Source: Eledone cirrhosa (lineage: Eukaryota). From it: a stretch of DNA of 64,000 nucleotides. The translations under genes were made by a program, and so were the position numbers. The DNA lies in NCBI GenBank assembly GCA_964016885.1, contig OZ024741.1, forward strand, positions 304,110,001 to 304,174,000, given 5' to 3'. The notes beneath the pieces were generated by a model. It was not told where the DNA came from. It did not search any database and saw only the letters and a list, made by a program, of their open reading frames with translations. This document shows, piece after piece, positions 40,136 through 55,860 of this stretch; the first letter of the stretch is position 1, and each line of letters begins with the position of its first letter.

Positions 40136-42660
40136 TCATTAACTATTAACATCCTATCACGATTTGTCAGAAAATATCTAAAAATGTTTTTTTTAGTTCA
40201 AGTGTTTACAGTATCTTTACTAGCGAACATATTGTTGTGAAAAGTGGAGGTATTAACTCTTAATATCCTGTAATGATTTAGCAAAAAATATCTAAAATCA
40301 GGTTTGTTAATTCAAATGTCTGTAATATTTTCACTAGTGGACAGATCATTATGAAGATTTGCAGTAAACTAAAGTTTTCAATTGTTAATGTGATGCACTC
40401 ATAGCGCTGTTTTCTACTTTTAGAGAATGTCTTATTAATGTGATTTCATGTGATATAGGACGTTAAGAGTTAATGAAAAATTTTGAGGGGTTTACTCAAT
40501 TTTTTAAACTATTTTATGGCAGATGTAGTATACTCAAGCATAGAAAATACTATAAAATAGCTCGTATATACCCAATTTTATAAGCTATTTTTAGTATTTT
40601 ATGCGGCTGAGCATATTACATCTATAAACTTTATCCTCTCAGTGCTTCGTAAGTTCAAATGTTTCAGCTTTGCATATATTGTTTGTTAACATTAACTATT
40701 TAATTATTTAGAAAATATAACAAAAGGTTCTATAAAATGATGGAAGATCTTAATTTAAATAGGTTCACTTTAAAATGGGTGGTCTTATTTCATAGAACCA
40801 GAGAGCCAGTTTTTTGCCAGGTTGGTATATGTTTAAATTTTGCATACAAGCACACATACATACATATATAACCACCACCACCACCACCTCAATACTTTTA
40901 CTTGCACTCTCCCAACCCCCAAATTACAAGAAGCATCCACCCCCACTAAAAAATTACAAGAACCATTACAATTAATTGCTATTTTTAGATTTTCAGTATC
41001 TAAAGATGAGACAAAACAGATGTTCATGAATGTTAACAAGACTGGAACAACGCCGCAGTGCGAGTGTGGTATTAAGTAGTGTCAGAGAGAAAAGGTGAAG
41101 GATTAACACAGAATGCAAGACTACTTAACTCTTAACAACTTGTAATGATTTAGCAGAAAATATCTTTAAAGACAGTTTTGTAAATTCAGATGTTTATAGT
41201 ATCTTTACTACTAAACAGATCATAACAGCAAAATAATATAAAGTCTTGAAAATTGTAAATGTGATGCCATCATAGTGTTGTTTTGCACATTTCATATGTT
41301 TATAACATCTTTACAAGTCAAGTGTACAGATTGTTTTGAAAATTTCTAGTATTAGAGTAAAGACATTAATTTTTAATGTGATGCAATGATAGTGCTGTTT
41401 TCTACATTTCAAAAATGTCTTGATGCAGTTTCCTGTGGTACAGGATGTTAAGAGTCAAGTATTGGAAAAGAAGAATTTTAAATAATTTGACTAGAAATCT
41501 CAACAACTGTACAACAGACATGAAGAGAATGGTGAAAGTTTTAATGAAGGCCAGTCTATTACTATGGCACCAACTAAAGCCGTAGACTTATTTACATAGA
41601 ACTTCCCTTATGCAATATAGCCCCACCACAACAATAACAACACACACACTCTTACTCTGAGTTCTGATGGAGTGCCATAATGATGTACAGCATGTCTTGG
41701 GCATTTTTTTCAAACTTGGCAGAGCCCATCCCCTCTCTAGGTCTTGATCACAGTCAATTTCTTCCAGAGAAGAGACAGTGAAAAAGTGAGAAAAAGATAT
41801 AAAGAAAAAATTGATCCCAGTACTGGACTACTACACCTTTTATCAACCCTGAAAAGATGAAAGGCAAAGTTGACCTCGCTAGGATTTGAATTGAAGGTGT
41901 AAAGAGCCAGAATGAATACCACAAAGCATTCTATCAGATTATCTAACAACTGTCAATTTGCCACTTGAAATCAGATAAGAAACTGTGGGGTGGGGAGTGT
42001 TAAAATATATGTCTCAGGAGCGACAGATTATATGTATTGTAAACATAAAAAGAACCACTTAAAATCTCTGTTTACTCTTCATTTTTGCTATGTAAAGACT
42101 ACTGGTCTATTTGAATTTCATAATCATTGGATAAACAGATGGCAGAGCTTTCATCAAAATTCACTCAATCTGGCAGTGTGCCAAGAAAATGAAATATGGA
42201 ACCAACAAAGCACCCATACACACCTTAGCCCTTTAGCATTTAAACCGGCTGTATTTGGTCAGAATTTTCTCACCTCTTTCTATTCAAACCGGCTGTAACC
42301 TGCCACTCATATTTATGTTAAGGGACTGTTCTCAAAATAAATAATATAAAAATCTCATAGATTTGATATTATGTGAGATAATTATGTGAGGTAAAATGTT
42401 TACCATGAAAATATAATATAAAGGGTTAAAGAGTGAATCGAAGGAAACCATGGCTGAACAACTGCAAAAAATATATATTGGCAAACCAAGACCTTTTATC
42501 TCTTCTTTGTACTAATCTGTTTAAAATTTCTCCCAACCAGTCTCTCTCTCTCCTTTCTTTACTGCAATTATCACATATATATAATACAAACAATAATAAA
42601 TAATAGAAAAATGAAAATGAGATGGAAAAATGAAACTGAAGATGACAACAACAATGGTAA

Positions 42661-42998
42661 TAATAATAATAATAATAATGATGATTTCATTTATTGGCCA
42701 CAAGGGCAGACATGTAAGGGACAATACAAAGCCACGGACAGTGGGGGTTTACAATAAGTTTGAGTAAAAGTGCACAATGGCAAGACTAATTTAACAATGA
42801 AAATATAAAATAAACTATGCATAAACATAACAAAATAAATTCCCCTATAGGGGCTGGACGACACAGGGGTGACTCAGGTACCCCACCAATCCTGAACCAC
42901 CTGACGCTTCTAGGGCATCCAGGGAGGGCACCCCTCTCCTCTTCAAATTAGCCAGCCTACAGGCACATGATCAGAGTAGGCTCACTCACATGGGCCAT
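42661..42998 (-). mobile_element. Third Tx1-like 3' fragment, lying in (AAT)n
   Basis: tcagagtaggctcactcacatgggccat is homologous to 23133-23161; has aataaa plus a (TTA)n tail, with AAT repeats on both sides. Confidence 0.75.
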
Positions 42999-43392
42999 AT
43001 AATAATAACAATGGTTTCTAATTAAGGCCTGAGCAAGTTGGGGGAAGGGTCTACCCAGAACTTGATTGGTACTTTATTTTTTCTATGATGAAAAGTGGTG
43101 ACAACAATGGGAGCAGCAGTAGCAGTAATAGTATTTCATGGTTGAATAACCTTCCTTAACGGACTTGACTATGAATAATAAAGTATCAATTTCAAATCAC
43201 AACAGGTCTTCTCATATTTTTAGTCGTAAAGAAAAATGAGGAATTAATGATAAAATATATAAAACAAAACAAAAGTAGGTTTCCAGCACTAGGCCAACTC
43301 AGAGTGAACAGACCTATGACTTATGGTAATTTCAACCATGATCATCCTGTCATTTTGTATATTAGGGACTACAATGTCTTATGTATCTAGAC

Positions 43393-43712
43393 CAGAGGTT
43401 CTCAAAGTGAGCACTACTACCCACAAGGAGCTTTGACAAGGTCCAGGGGGCACTAGAGATGATATAATAGTATATTAAATATCAAATGATACATATTATA
43501 TATAAATATAGTAAAATAAAAAATATATATTTATTTATAACATAGTATATATTATATTTATTATATATAAATTAACGATTTTATTTATTATATATTATAT
43601 ATTATTTACAATTTGCGTGTAGGTAGGTCTCTCTGGATATAGGGCTGGAGGGGGATAAGGGTATTACGGGGCCGTGAGGAGGGCAGTGGCCCAAATAGTT
43701 TGAGAACCTCTG
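43393..43712. mobile_element. hAT (Charlie-like) MITE
   Basis: TIRs cagaggttctcaaa / tttgagaacctctg; 8-bp target-site duplication atctagac / atctagat, fitting the NTCTAGAN preference of Charlie elements. Confidence 0.9.
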
Positions 43713-43861
43713 ATCTAGATGGTGGTGAGTTTTTTTCATGGAGATTTGAATGCTATTTCTAGTAGGTTGAGCAACCACATAGAAGATGCCTTATCTCAAA
43801 TAGTGTGGTTTGATATGGAACCATCATCATCATTTAACATCCGTTAAATGATGATGATGGT

Positions 43862-44047
43862 GGGCGGTGGATTGGTAGTATCGGTAGAGGGTCGGACGCC
43901 ATGCTTTCTAGCATAGTTACGTCCCTTTACGATCTGAGTTCAAATCCCGCCGAGGTTGACTTTGCCTTTCATCCTTACGGGGTCGATAAAATAAAGTACC
44001 AGTGAGGCACTGGGTAGTTGCTGGCCTTGTGCCTAAAGTAGAAACAA
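43862..44047 (+). mobile_element. tRNA-derived SINE family 1, young copy
   Basis: Near-identical to 61161-61350; flanked by a duplicated atcatttaacatccgtta (about 43830 and 44048). Confidence 0.9.
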
Positions 44048-45316
44048 TCATTTAACATCCGTTAGCAAGGATAGGACCAGTCATCAAAAGACTGGGTTTG
44101 TAGCGAAGCAGAGCTACTAACCTTTCAAGTGGACCAGAAGCCAGCATCTCCCTTACATTCTAACACTCTACTTGGTGCTCAGAAGGTCTGCCAAGCCAAC
44201 TCTTATTTAAAAGACTTACTGTGAAAATTACAGCTTCAATTCGCCACAGAACATCTGCAGAGAAAGTATAGCTGAAATATTTGTCACAAATATAAGATAG
44301 TGTTTAGGCACATCTCACAATATACCACTGGACATAACTTTCTTCAAAACCACTTCCATGACTTGACACTTCCTCTCTCATGGTTGTATGACACCTCCCC
44401 AGTGCTGGTGTCACAATAAAAATGCACCCAACTCATTCTGTAAAGTGGTAGTAGTACTGGTGCTGCAATGAAAATTACCCAGTTTACACTGTAAGGCAAT
44501 AGTGCTGGTGCCACAACAAAAAGTACCCAGTCTAGCCTGTAAGGTTGTAGTACTGGTGCCGCAATTAAAAGCACCCAGGTTGCACTGTAAGGTGGTAGCA
44601 ACAAAAAGTACTCAATCAACCTTGTAAGGTTGTGGTGCTGGTAAAAAGCCTCCAATTTGCCATGTAAGGTGGTGGTGCCAGACTCATGATTAAATGTTCC
44701 CAATACATACTGTGAGGTGATTGGTATGAAGAAGGGCATCTAGCCATAGAAAACCAAGCCAAGAACAGAAAATATAAGCAAGACATGGTCACCTGACTAA
44801 TCTAGCCTCAGTACATGACAACCCATTTAACCCATGCAAGCATGGAAAATATACATTAACCCTTTAGCATTCACATTACTCTATATATACTATTATATTT
44901 TCATGGTAAAGGCATTATCTCACATGATATCGAATCTATGAGATTTTGAAAGTATTTATTTTGAGAACAATACCTTAACATCAGTTTGAGCAACCAGTTA
45001 CAGCCAGTTTCAACAGAAAGAGGTAGAGAATTCTAGCCTGTTTTGGGCCAGTTTGAACATTAAAGGGTTAAACCTAACATTAACAAACTAACTAGAAATA
45101 ATCAACTATAATAATAGCAAATGTGTGTATATTTATTTATTTATATATTTATCTGTCACACACTGAAAAGGAGATGGTTGAGGAAGGAAAGGGTGGTGAA
45201 AAACTATAGAAAACAGCGACCAGCATTCTAAGATATGTTGTGTAGCAAATTGACTATTATTATTGTGAGTATATGTGTGTGTGTGTGTGTGTGTGAAAAT
45301 ATTTATACTAGTGTGA

Positions 45317-45631
45317 ATCATCATCATTTCATTTCATTTTTCGTCCGCTTATTCCCTGCTTGCAAGGGTGGGACGGGAACTGATTCCGGCTTGTTTTCTA
45401 CAGCTGGATGCCCCTCCTAACACCAACCCCATTTACAGTGAGTGCTAGGTGCTTTTTTGTCATGGCACCTCCACGACCACTTTGCAATGGAATGATAGGG
45501 ACTCCTCTCATTTCTACAGCTGAGTAAACTAGAGCAATGTGAAATAAAGTGTCTTGCTCAATGTCTGAGAATTGAACTCACAACCTTTCGATTGCAAAGC
45601 TAATGCTCTAACCACTAAGCTATGTGCCTGC
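45317..45631 (-). mobile_element. tRNA-CORE-RTE SINE (family 2)
   Basis: Reverse complement of 58482-58820, with internal deletions. Confidence 0.82.
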
Positions 45632-46189
45632 ATGTGAATGTATATGTGTTTGTGTATTTATATTTATATATTCATACATATAAATGTAAACATAAGCACA
45701 CCAAAATATCATCTTGGTTATCTATGTTAGTTGCGGATAGTTTTTTCACAAACATTTTTGTAATAAGAGAATTATTAAACTAAAAACTTGGCTTTGTACC
45801 CTTTTTATATATAAAATTCTATAATTAGCCATCATTTTTGACAGCATGGGGCCAGCTAGTTATACTACAGTACAGAATATCTATAGATTTTTAGCCAACA
45901 CTATATGTATAGACATGCATATAGCATATATGTATAAAAAATCTTGTCATTATATCTATATATATAAAATCTTGTCATATCTATATATATAATCTTGTCG
46001 TTATATCTATATATATAAAATCTTGTCATATCTATATATATAATCTTGTCGTTATATCTATATTTAAAAAATTGTTTATTTATTTGTCTGTCTCCAATGC
46101 ACTTAAAAACCAGTGGACCAATCATGTTCAAACTTGGCATGTGTACTTCTGCTAGAAGATATTTGTGTACAGAAAATGCAGGATCAGCC

Positions 46190-46620
46190 AGACTAGAGAT
46201 TGAAATTAGTCCAGTTGAGAGTCCTTAAACACTCCTTCCAGCAGGTCCTATCAGAAGCAACCACCTCCAACTGATACAGCTGGATCCCCAAGTGTGACCA
46301 GCCAAACTCATGGAAGTTATCCAGCCATCTTGCTTGAGGTCTACTCCTGGATCTCCTGCCAGTTGGTTTTGCCTGTAAAATCTGTCCAGTGATTCTTTCC
46401 TGAGACATTCTAACCACATGCCCATAGTATCGGAGCTGTGATCTCTCAATTCGGAGAAGTAGCAGCTCTACTTGGAGTGACTCTATTGAGTAACGTTACT
46501 CCAAAGAACCTTCGAAGGAACCCCATTTTGGCTGCTTGTATTTGCAATTGTATTCTTTCAGTCATTACCCAAGATTCATGACCATGGGTTGGCACGAATA
46601 CCGAATTGAAGATTCCTTGA
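46190..46620 (-). mobile_element. Decayed RTE (Expander/Rex3-like) LINE 3' region
   Basis: GHESWVMTERIQLQIQAAKMGFLRR..., IERSQLRYYGHVVRMSQERI..QILQAKPTGRRSRSRPQARWLD. Confidence 0.85.
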
Positions 46621-48074
46621 TTTAAGAAAAAACCAGTCATTTAGTTTACATACTGAGACCCACAACCCAGGATTATAAATACATACTACACATATTATAC
46701 ATGGTTGGATGTAAAAATAAGTGTATAATAAAGAAACTAAAATAAAAATACAACAGAAAGGATGCTACTTAGATTGGGACTTAATGAAAAAAACAGGTAT
46801 GGCCAGTTGGAATAAATATCTCAGTTGTTATTCCAACCTGATTTTGACCAGATTGAATACTAAATAGTTAATTAAACCAGCCTTGATTTTATAATTAGCC
46901 CTTTCATGACCACATTTCTCATGAAATACATTATTTTAATTAATTAATGAAGAATTATTAATTATTTCGTTATGAAGATAGTAACTTAATGTAAGGTTCT
47001 TATATAAAATTATGTTGGAAGATTTAAATTTAAATTGGAAACCTGTAACCCTTTAGCATTTACGTTACTCTACATTTACTATTGTATTTTCACAGTAAAG
47101 GCTTTACCTCAGATTATATCAATCTATGAGATCTTGATATTATTTATTTTGAGAACAATACTGTATAGTCGGTATGAGTGGTCAGTTACAGCCGTTTTGA
47201 ACAGAAAGAGGTGAGATAATTCTGGCCGGATACAACCAGTTTAAATGCTAAAGGGTTAAAATGGGTGGTTTTGTTTCATATAGAGCTAGAACTGGTTTTG
47301 GCCGGCTTGATAACTAAAGGGTTGAAAGAAGTGTTCATTTTAAAGTGTTTATATCTATCTAACAAATACCTTTGTTACGTAATGTTCCAAACAGCAGCTT
47401 AATCATCCACTCAGTCACCCCATCACACCTTTTAGGTGTATTATTTGAAGAAAGCAGACAGATATTAATTCCATAAGCCCCGGAGCCATGTTTACAACAA
47501 TAACAACAAAAACTTCTATGATAAACAGGAACTGTTTTTCAACATGTCAAGTAACATGTAAAACATGCGCAATTCAGGTTGTCACGGCTTTTCCTCTACT
47601 TCTTTTTATCTTCCTTTACTCTTTTCCTTTATTATTTTTTCCAGGAAGGGAGAAGGTTCTAAACCACCAACAACAGCAGCATCCCTAACAACAATCTTAA
47701 AAACACACACAACATTTCCAACAACCTAAAGGTGCTTTGAACATTAACCAGGTGTTATGACAAATTTATTATAATTTTTATTTTATATCTAGATTAATTT
47801 CTATTTCATCATCACCCGCCATCAGAATTATCTTCATCACCATCAACATTAGAATTAGCATCATTATCAATGTTGTTCCAAAATCATATAAGACACCAAC
47901 TCTACCCAGCCCCGGCCAAGTTTAACAAGTCACTCTTTCCCTAGGAGAAGCAAAAAAAAAAAAAAAAGGTAAATTTCAACGTTGGTGCCACCTGTTGCAT
48001 TGCTCTTGTAATATCTTCACATCACCCCACTCCCAACACCTCAGCAGTCAGTTAACACACATTCCAACACTGCC

Positions 48075-48589
48075 TACCTACACACATACATATATATATA
48101 CAGATACATACACACACACACACACATATATACACATACATATATATACATATATACATACATATATACATAAATACATACATATACACATATATACATA
48201 TACACATATACATATACACATCTATATATATATATATACATATATATACATATACACATATATACATATACATATATATACATATACATATATACATCTT
48301 TATATATATATACACATATATACATATATACATCTATATATATACATATACATATACACACATATATACATATATATACATATACACATTTATATACATA
48401 TACACATATATATACATATACACATATATATACATATACATATATATATGTATATGTATATATGTATATGTATATATGTATGTATGTATATATATATGTA
48501 TATATATACATATGTATATATATACATATATACATACATATATACATACATACATATATATACATACATATATACATACATATATATAT
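48075..48589. repeat. (TA/CA)n microsatellite
   Basis: Direct reading; internal polarity flip near 48450-48515. Confidence 0.95.
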
Positions 48590-49228
48590 GGTGGTGGCTG
48601 CCAACTCGTTTTCGAGTACGGCCACTACTTTACATCCATGTAGGATAACCCCTACCGAAGCGCTGAACGAGTGTGATTTTTTAGTCCAGCCAGCGACTTG
48701 AAACCTCTGGTACAAACACTACACCTGTGACAATTATTGCCACATAGTGCTGGGCCCATGGTAGGACAATTATTGACACATAGTGCTGGGCGCATGTGAG
48801 GACAAGTGCAGAGAGATCTCCAGATATAAAGCAATGCCTGTGCCGTGAAGCTTTTATAGTGAGCAAAGGCACTGCACAAAGCCAGTCCCACTCTCTTTAC
48901 CAAGATGATATTTACCAAAAAGAAGAACAAGTCAACATCATTGGATACCATCAGGGTTGCAGGTGTTATATCAGAGTTTTCCTTCTCCTAGAATTCTGCC
49001 TTGACAAAGGCTAAGGGGTCATCTCTCCCGGTGGTTTTGGATGGCCATTGACTCTTAAGAGCTCCTTTGCCCTTTGACAGGTTTTGTTTTTAGTCCTGCA
49101 GGATGTCCAAATGCACCCTCCTCACCAAGAAACCTTGGTGGGGTTGCCAGTTTAGTCGCCAACGACCCGACCATGAGACAGGTTGTACTGGGATACATGT
49201 TACCAGTAGCACCAACTGGTGACCTGAC
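48590..49228 (-). mobile_element. Non-autonomous bipartite RTE element (5'UTR fused to the 3' end), copy 1
   Basis: RTE-type 5'UTR motifs (ctaaactggcaaccccacc, ggagaaggaaaactctg) are joined within about 640 bp to the terminal C2H2 finger CSVCTRGFKSLAGLKNHTR*; no RT. Has an internal duplication of about 34 bp. Confidence 0.7.
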
Positions 49229-49249
49229 ATAACATATATATATACATAC

Positions 49250-49292
<43 letters not shown>

Positions 49293-49398
49293 CATATATA
49301 TACATACATATATACATATACATATACACATATACATATATGCACATATATACATATACATACATATATATAGATAAATATATATATATACACATATA

Positions 49399-50593
49399 TT
49401 GTTATACTTTGGGAGGGTCATGTTGCCAATAAGAAACACACGCACCAGTTGCTTTCACTTCAATTTATTATAAATTAAATTTATAAATTTCCGGTTGGTT
49501 GGTTCCACAACGAGATGATTGTTCATACATTGTCAAAGTTCTTTCGTCACACATTCTGTGACCTCTTCAATGACTGGGGATTCTTTTCTTTGTTTTTGTG
49601 CCTCTCCTTTGTTCTGTCCTACGCCATCTTGTTTTTGTGTGTGTTGTGTGCTTAGTTTGCGCATGTGTTACATCTGGGTGTCTGTGTGTGTTTATATTTG
49701 TTTATTTATTTGTTTATTTACATGTTTCTGGTTGGTTGTTTGTCCTATGTGTGTGTGTGTTTTCATTTTGTCCTTAATTATAAGTTGTGATGTTGCTATT
49801 CCATTCATGTTTTCTATTTAATTTTGGTTGGAGTTCATTTATGTTTATTGCCTCTGTGATTTGTCTAAACATTGCGTATTTTGTGTGTGTAGATTATATT
49901 TTAATTTCTATGTTCTTTAATTTACCCTTATGTTCTATTTTAGCATGTTGGTGGAGTACAGATGATTCTTTACTATCTTAAAGCTTTCGCCAGTGTTCAT
50001 TTATCCGTATCTAGATAGAACACAAGGGTAAATTAGAGAACATAGAAATAAAAAAATAGAATCTACACACAGAAAAGATGCAATGTTTAGACAAATTACG
50101 GAGGCAATAAACATAAAAGAATTACAACCAAAATAAAATAGAAAATATGAGTGGAACAGCAACATCACAACTTACAATTAAGGACAAAATGAAAACACAC
50201 ACACACATAGAACAAACAACCAACCAATAACATGTAAATAAATAAATAAATAGATAAATGAACACAAACACACACAGACACCCAGATGTGGCGCATGCGC
50301 AAACTGAGCACACAACACACACACAGAAACAAAATGGCGTAGGACAGAAGAAAAGAAAGGCACAGAAACAAAGAGAGGAATCCCCAGTCACTGAAGAGGT
50401 CACAGAGTGTGTGACGAAAGGACTATGACTATATATAAACAACTATCTGGTTGTGGAACCAACCAACCAACCAGAAATTTATAAATTTGTAGATTTGTAA
50501 ATTTATAAATTTATAAATATATAATAAATTGAAGTGAAAGCAACTGGTGCGTGTGTTTCTTATTGGCAACATGACCCTCCCAAAGTATAACAA
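49399..50593. mobile_element. Penelope-like element: two 3' ends (GIY-YIG C-terminus plus pseudo-LTR with hammerhead) in inverted, tail-out orientation
   Basis: Arms 49399-49943 and 50011-50593 are diverged reverse complements. Minus 50010-49774 translates IRINEHWRKL*DSKESSVLHQHAKIEH...MFRQITEAININELQPKLNRKHEW, the R..EH/S.L..H/RQI.EAI.I/LNR pattern of PLE GIY-YIG endonucleases. Confidence 0.88.
50386..50430 (+). ncRNA. Minimal type-I hammerhead ribozyme motif (complete core)
   Basis: AGTCA(stem I)-CTGAAGA-G-GTCACA gagtg TGTGAC(stem II)-GAAA-G ga C-TA-TGACT(stem I'); predicted cleavage after A50425. Confidence 0.72.
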
Positions 50594-52184
<1,591 letters not shown>

Positions 52185-53659
52185 TTGGAGAGGAGCAATT
52201 ATAGGGGTATAAAACTGATGGATCGGGTTATGAAAGTGGCAGAAAGGATTTTAGCACAACTAATTAGAGAAAGGGTCAAACTAGATGAGATGCAGTTTGG
52301 TTCTGTGCCTGGGAAGAGTACAACAGATGCCCTCTTCTTGGTGAGAGAAATGCAAGAGAGGTTCTTAGAGAAGAATAAGCCACTATACTTAGCCTTTGTT
52401 GACCTAGAGAAGGCCTTTGATAGGGTACCCCGATCTGTCATCTGGTGGTCCCTAAGGAAGCTAGGTGTTGAGGAATGGCTTGTCAGGACAGTGCAAACTT
52501 TGTACAGAGGTACTCTCAGTAAAGTCAGGGTAGGAATGGAGTTTAGTGAGGAATTCCAGATAAAAGTAGGAGTACATCAGGGTTCGGTCCTCAGCCCGCT
52601 CTTGTTCATTATAGTCCTCCAAGCCATAACAGAGGAGTTTAAGACTGGCTGTCCATGGGAACTTCTCTATGCTGACGATCTGGTTCTTATAGTAGAATCA
52701 GTAGAGGAGCTAGAGAATAAATTCTGGCTATGGAAACAGCAGTTGGAAGCAAGAGGACTGAGAGTAAATCTAGCTAAGACAAAAGTGTTGATGAGTAGAA
52801 AAGAGGACAAAACCCTGATTCCGTCAGGGAAATGGCCATGTTCGATATGCAGAAAAGGAACTGGCATAAATTCTATAAAATGCACACAATGCAGATCCTG
52901 GGTACACAAGAGATGTAGCGGGATAGCAGGCAAACTAACAGGTAGGGAGAAATATGTATGCCGTAGATGTACAGGGAAATTAGACAGTAGAAGTCGCACT
53001 GATAGACACATTTTTCAAATGCAAGAGGGCGCTATAGAAGTGGTGGATAGCTTCCGGTACCTAGGAGATCAGATTAGCATGGGAGGAGTGTTCCGAGGCC
53101 ATAGTATCTAGAATAAGGACGGGTTGGAAGAAGTTTAGGAAGCTGCTTCCTCTGTTGACAAAGAAGGGTTTCTCCCTGCGTACGAAAGGCCGGTTGTATG
53201 ATGCCTGTGTGAGGAGCGCGATGCTGCATGGTAGCGAGACATGGGCAGCAACTGCAGAGGATATGCGACGGCTGGAGAGAAATGAGGCAAGCATGCTCCG
53301 TTGGATGTGCAGTGTAAATGTGCGTGAACAACCCAGCATAAATGTGTTGAGAGAGAAACTGTGTCTGAGAGGGATAGAATGTAGTGTACGGGAGAGGAGA
53401 CTGAGGTGGTATGGACATGTGATGCGCATGGAGGATGACCGATGGGTGAAGAAGTGCCAGGAAATGCCAGTTGAAGGAAGACGTGGTAGAGGTAGACCAC
53501 GAAAAACATGGGCGGAGGTGGTGAGAACAGACCTCAGATCATTGAAGCTCACGGTGGAGATGACGAGGGACCGTGACGAGTGGAGAGATGCTGTGCTGAA
53601 TAAGACCCGTCCCACTCTTGCAAGCAGGGAAAAGCGGACGTAAAATGATGATGATGATG

Positions 53660-53660
<1 letters not shown>
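52185..53660 (+). mobile_element. 5'-truncated RTE LINE with a near-intact RT domain, one frameshift near 53085 and an (ATG)n tail
   Basis: [67 protein letters not shown]; stop at 53641-53643 followed by atgatg. Confidence 0.96.
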
Positions 53661-53699
<39 letters not shown>

Positions 53700-53711
53700 A
53701 CATATATATAT

Positions 53712-54320
53712 GTTGGCTGCCAACTTGTTTTCGAGTACGGCCACTACTTTATATCCATGTAGGAGAAACCCTACCGATGCGCTGAACGAGTGTGACTTTT
53801 TAGTCCAGCCAGCGACTTGAAAACTCTGGTACAAACACTACACCTGCGACAATTATTGACACATAGTTCTGGGCCCATGGTACCACGTGACGACAAGTGG
53901 AGAGAGATCTCCAGATACAAAGCAATGCCTGTGCCATGAAGCTTTTATAGTGAGCAAAGGCACTGCACAAAGCCAGTCCCACTCTCTTAACCAAGATGAT
54001 ATTTACCAAAAAGAAGAACAAGTAAACATCATTGGATACCATCAGGGTTGCAGGTGTTATATCAGAGTTTTCCTTCTCCTAGAATTCTGCCTTGACAAAG
54101 GCTAAGGGGTCATCTCTCCCAGTGATTTTGGATGGCCATTGATTCTTAAGAGCTCCTTTGCCCTTTGACAGGTTTTGTTTTTAGTCCTGCAGGATGTCCA
54201 AAGTCACCCTCCTCACCAAGAAACCTTGGTGGGGTTGCCAGTTTAGTCGCCAACGACCCGACCATGAGACAGGTTGTATTGGGATACATGTTACCAGTAG
54301 TACCAACTGGTGAGCTGACA
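53712..54320 (-). mobile_element. Non-autonomous bipartite RTE element, copy 2
   Basis: Highly similar to 48590-49228 with the same ends; lacks the internal duplication. Confidence 0.7.
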
Positions 54321-54727
54321 TAATATATATATACATATATATATATATACATATACATATATATACATATATATATATATATTTATATATACATATATAT
54401 ATAATATACATATATATTTATATATACATATTTATATATACATATATATATAATATACATATATATATATATTTATATATACATATATATAATATACATA
54501 TATATTTATATATACATATTTATATATACATATATATAATATACATATATATATATATATTTATATATACATATATAATATACATATATATATATATATT
54601 TATATATACATATATATAATATACATATATATATATATATTTATATATACATATATAATATACATTTATATATATATATTTATATATACATATATATATA
54701 TATATACATATATATATTTATATATAC

Positions 54728-54778
<51 letters not shown>

Positions 54779-55667
54779 CATATATATATTTATATATACA
54801 TATATATATATATACATATATATATTTATATATACATATATATATATATACATATATATATTTATATATACATATATATACATATATATATTTATATATA
54901 CATATATATATATATACATATATATATTTATATATACATATATATATATATACATATATATATTTATATATACATATATATACATATATATATTTATATA
55001 TACATATATATATATATACATATATATATTTATATATACATATATATATATATACATATATATATTTATATATACATATATATATATATACATATATATA
55101 TTTATATATACATATATATATATATACATATATATATTTATATATACATATATATATATATACATATATATATTTATATATACATATATATATATATACA
55201 TATATATATTTATATATACATATATATATATATACATATATATATTTATATATACATATATATATATATACATATATATATTTATATATACATATATATA
55301 TATATACATATATATATTTATATATACATATATATATATATATACATATATATATTTATATATACATATATATATATATACATATATATATTTATATATA
55401 CACATATATATATATACATATATATATTTATATATACATATATATATATATACATATATATATTTATATATACACATATATATATATATATACATATATA
55501 TATACATATATATACATATATATATACATACATATATATATACATATATATATACATACATATATATATACATATATATATACATATATATATACATATA
55601 TATATACATATATATATACATATATATATACATATATATATACATATATATATACATATATATATAC

Positions 55668-55700
<33 letters not shown>

Positions 55701-55732
55701 CATATATATATACATATATATATATATAAACA

Positions 55733-55808
<76 letters not shown>

Positions 55809-55829
55809 CATATATATATACATATATAC

Positions 55830-55860
<31 letters not shown>

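Noticed and set aside
52185-53643. Autonomous active LINE or domesticated RT gene
   Set aside because: 5'-truncated (no endonuclease, no ATG) and frameshifted near 53085.
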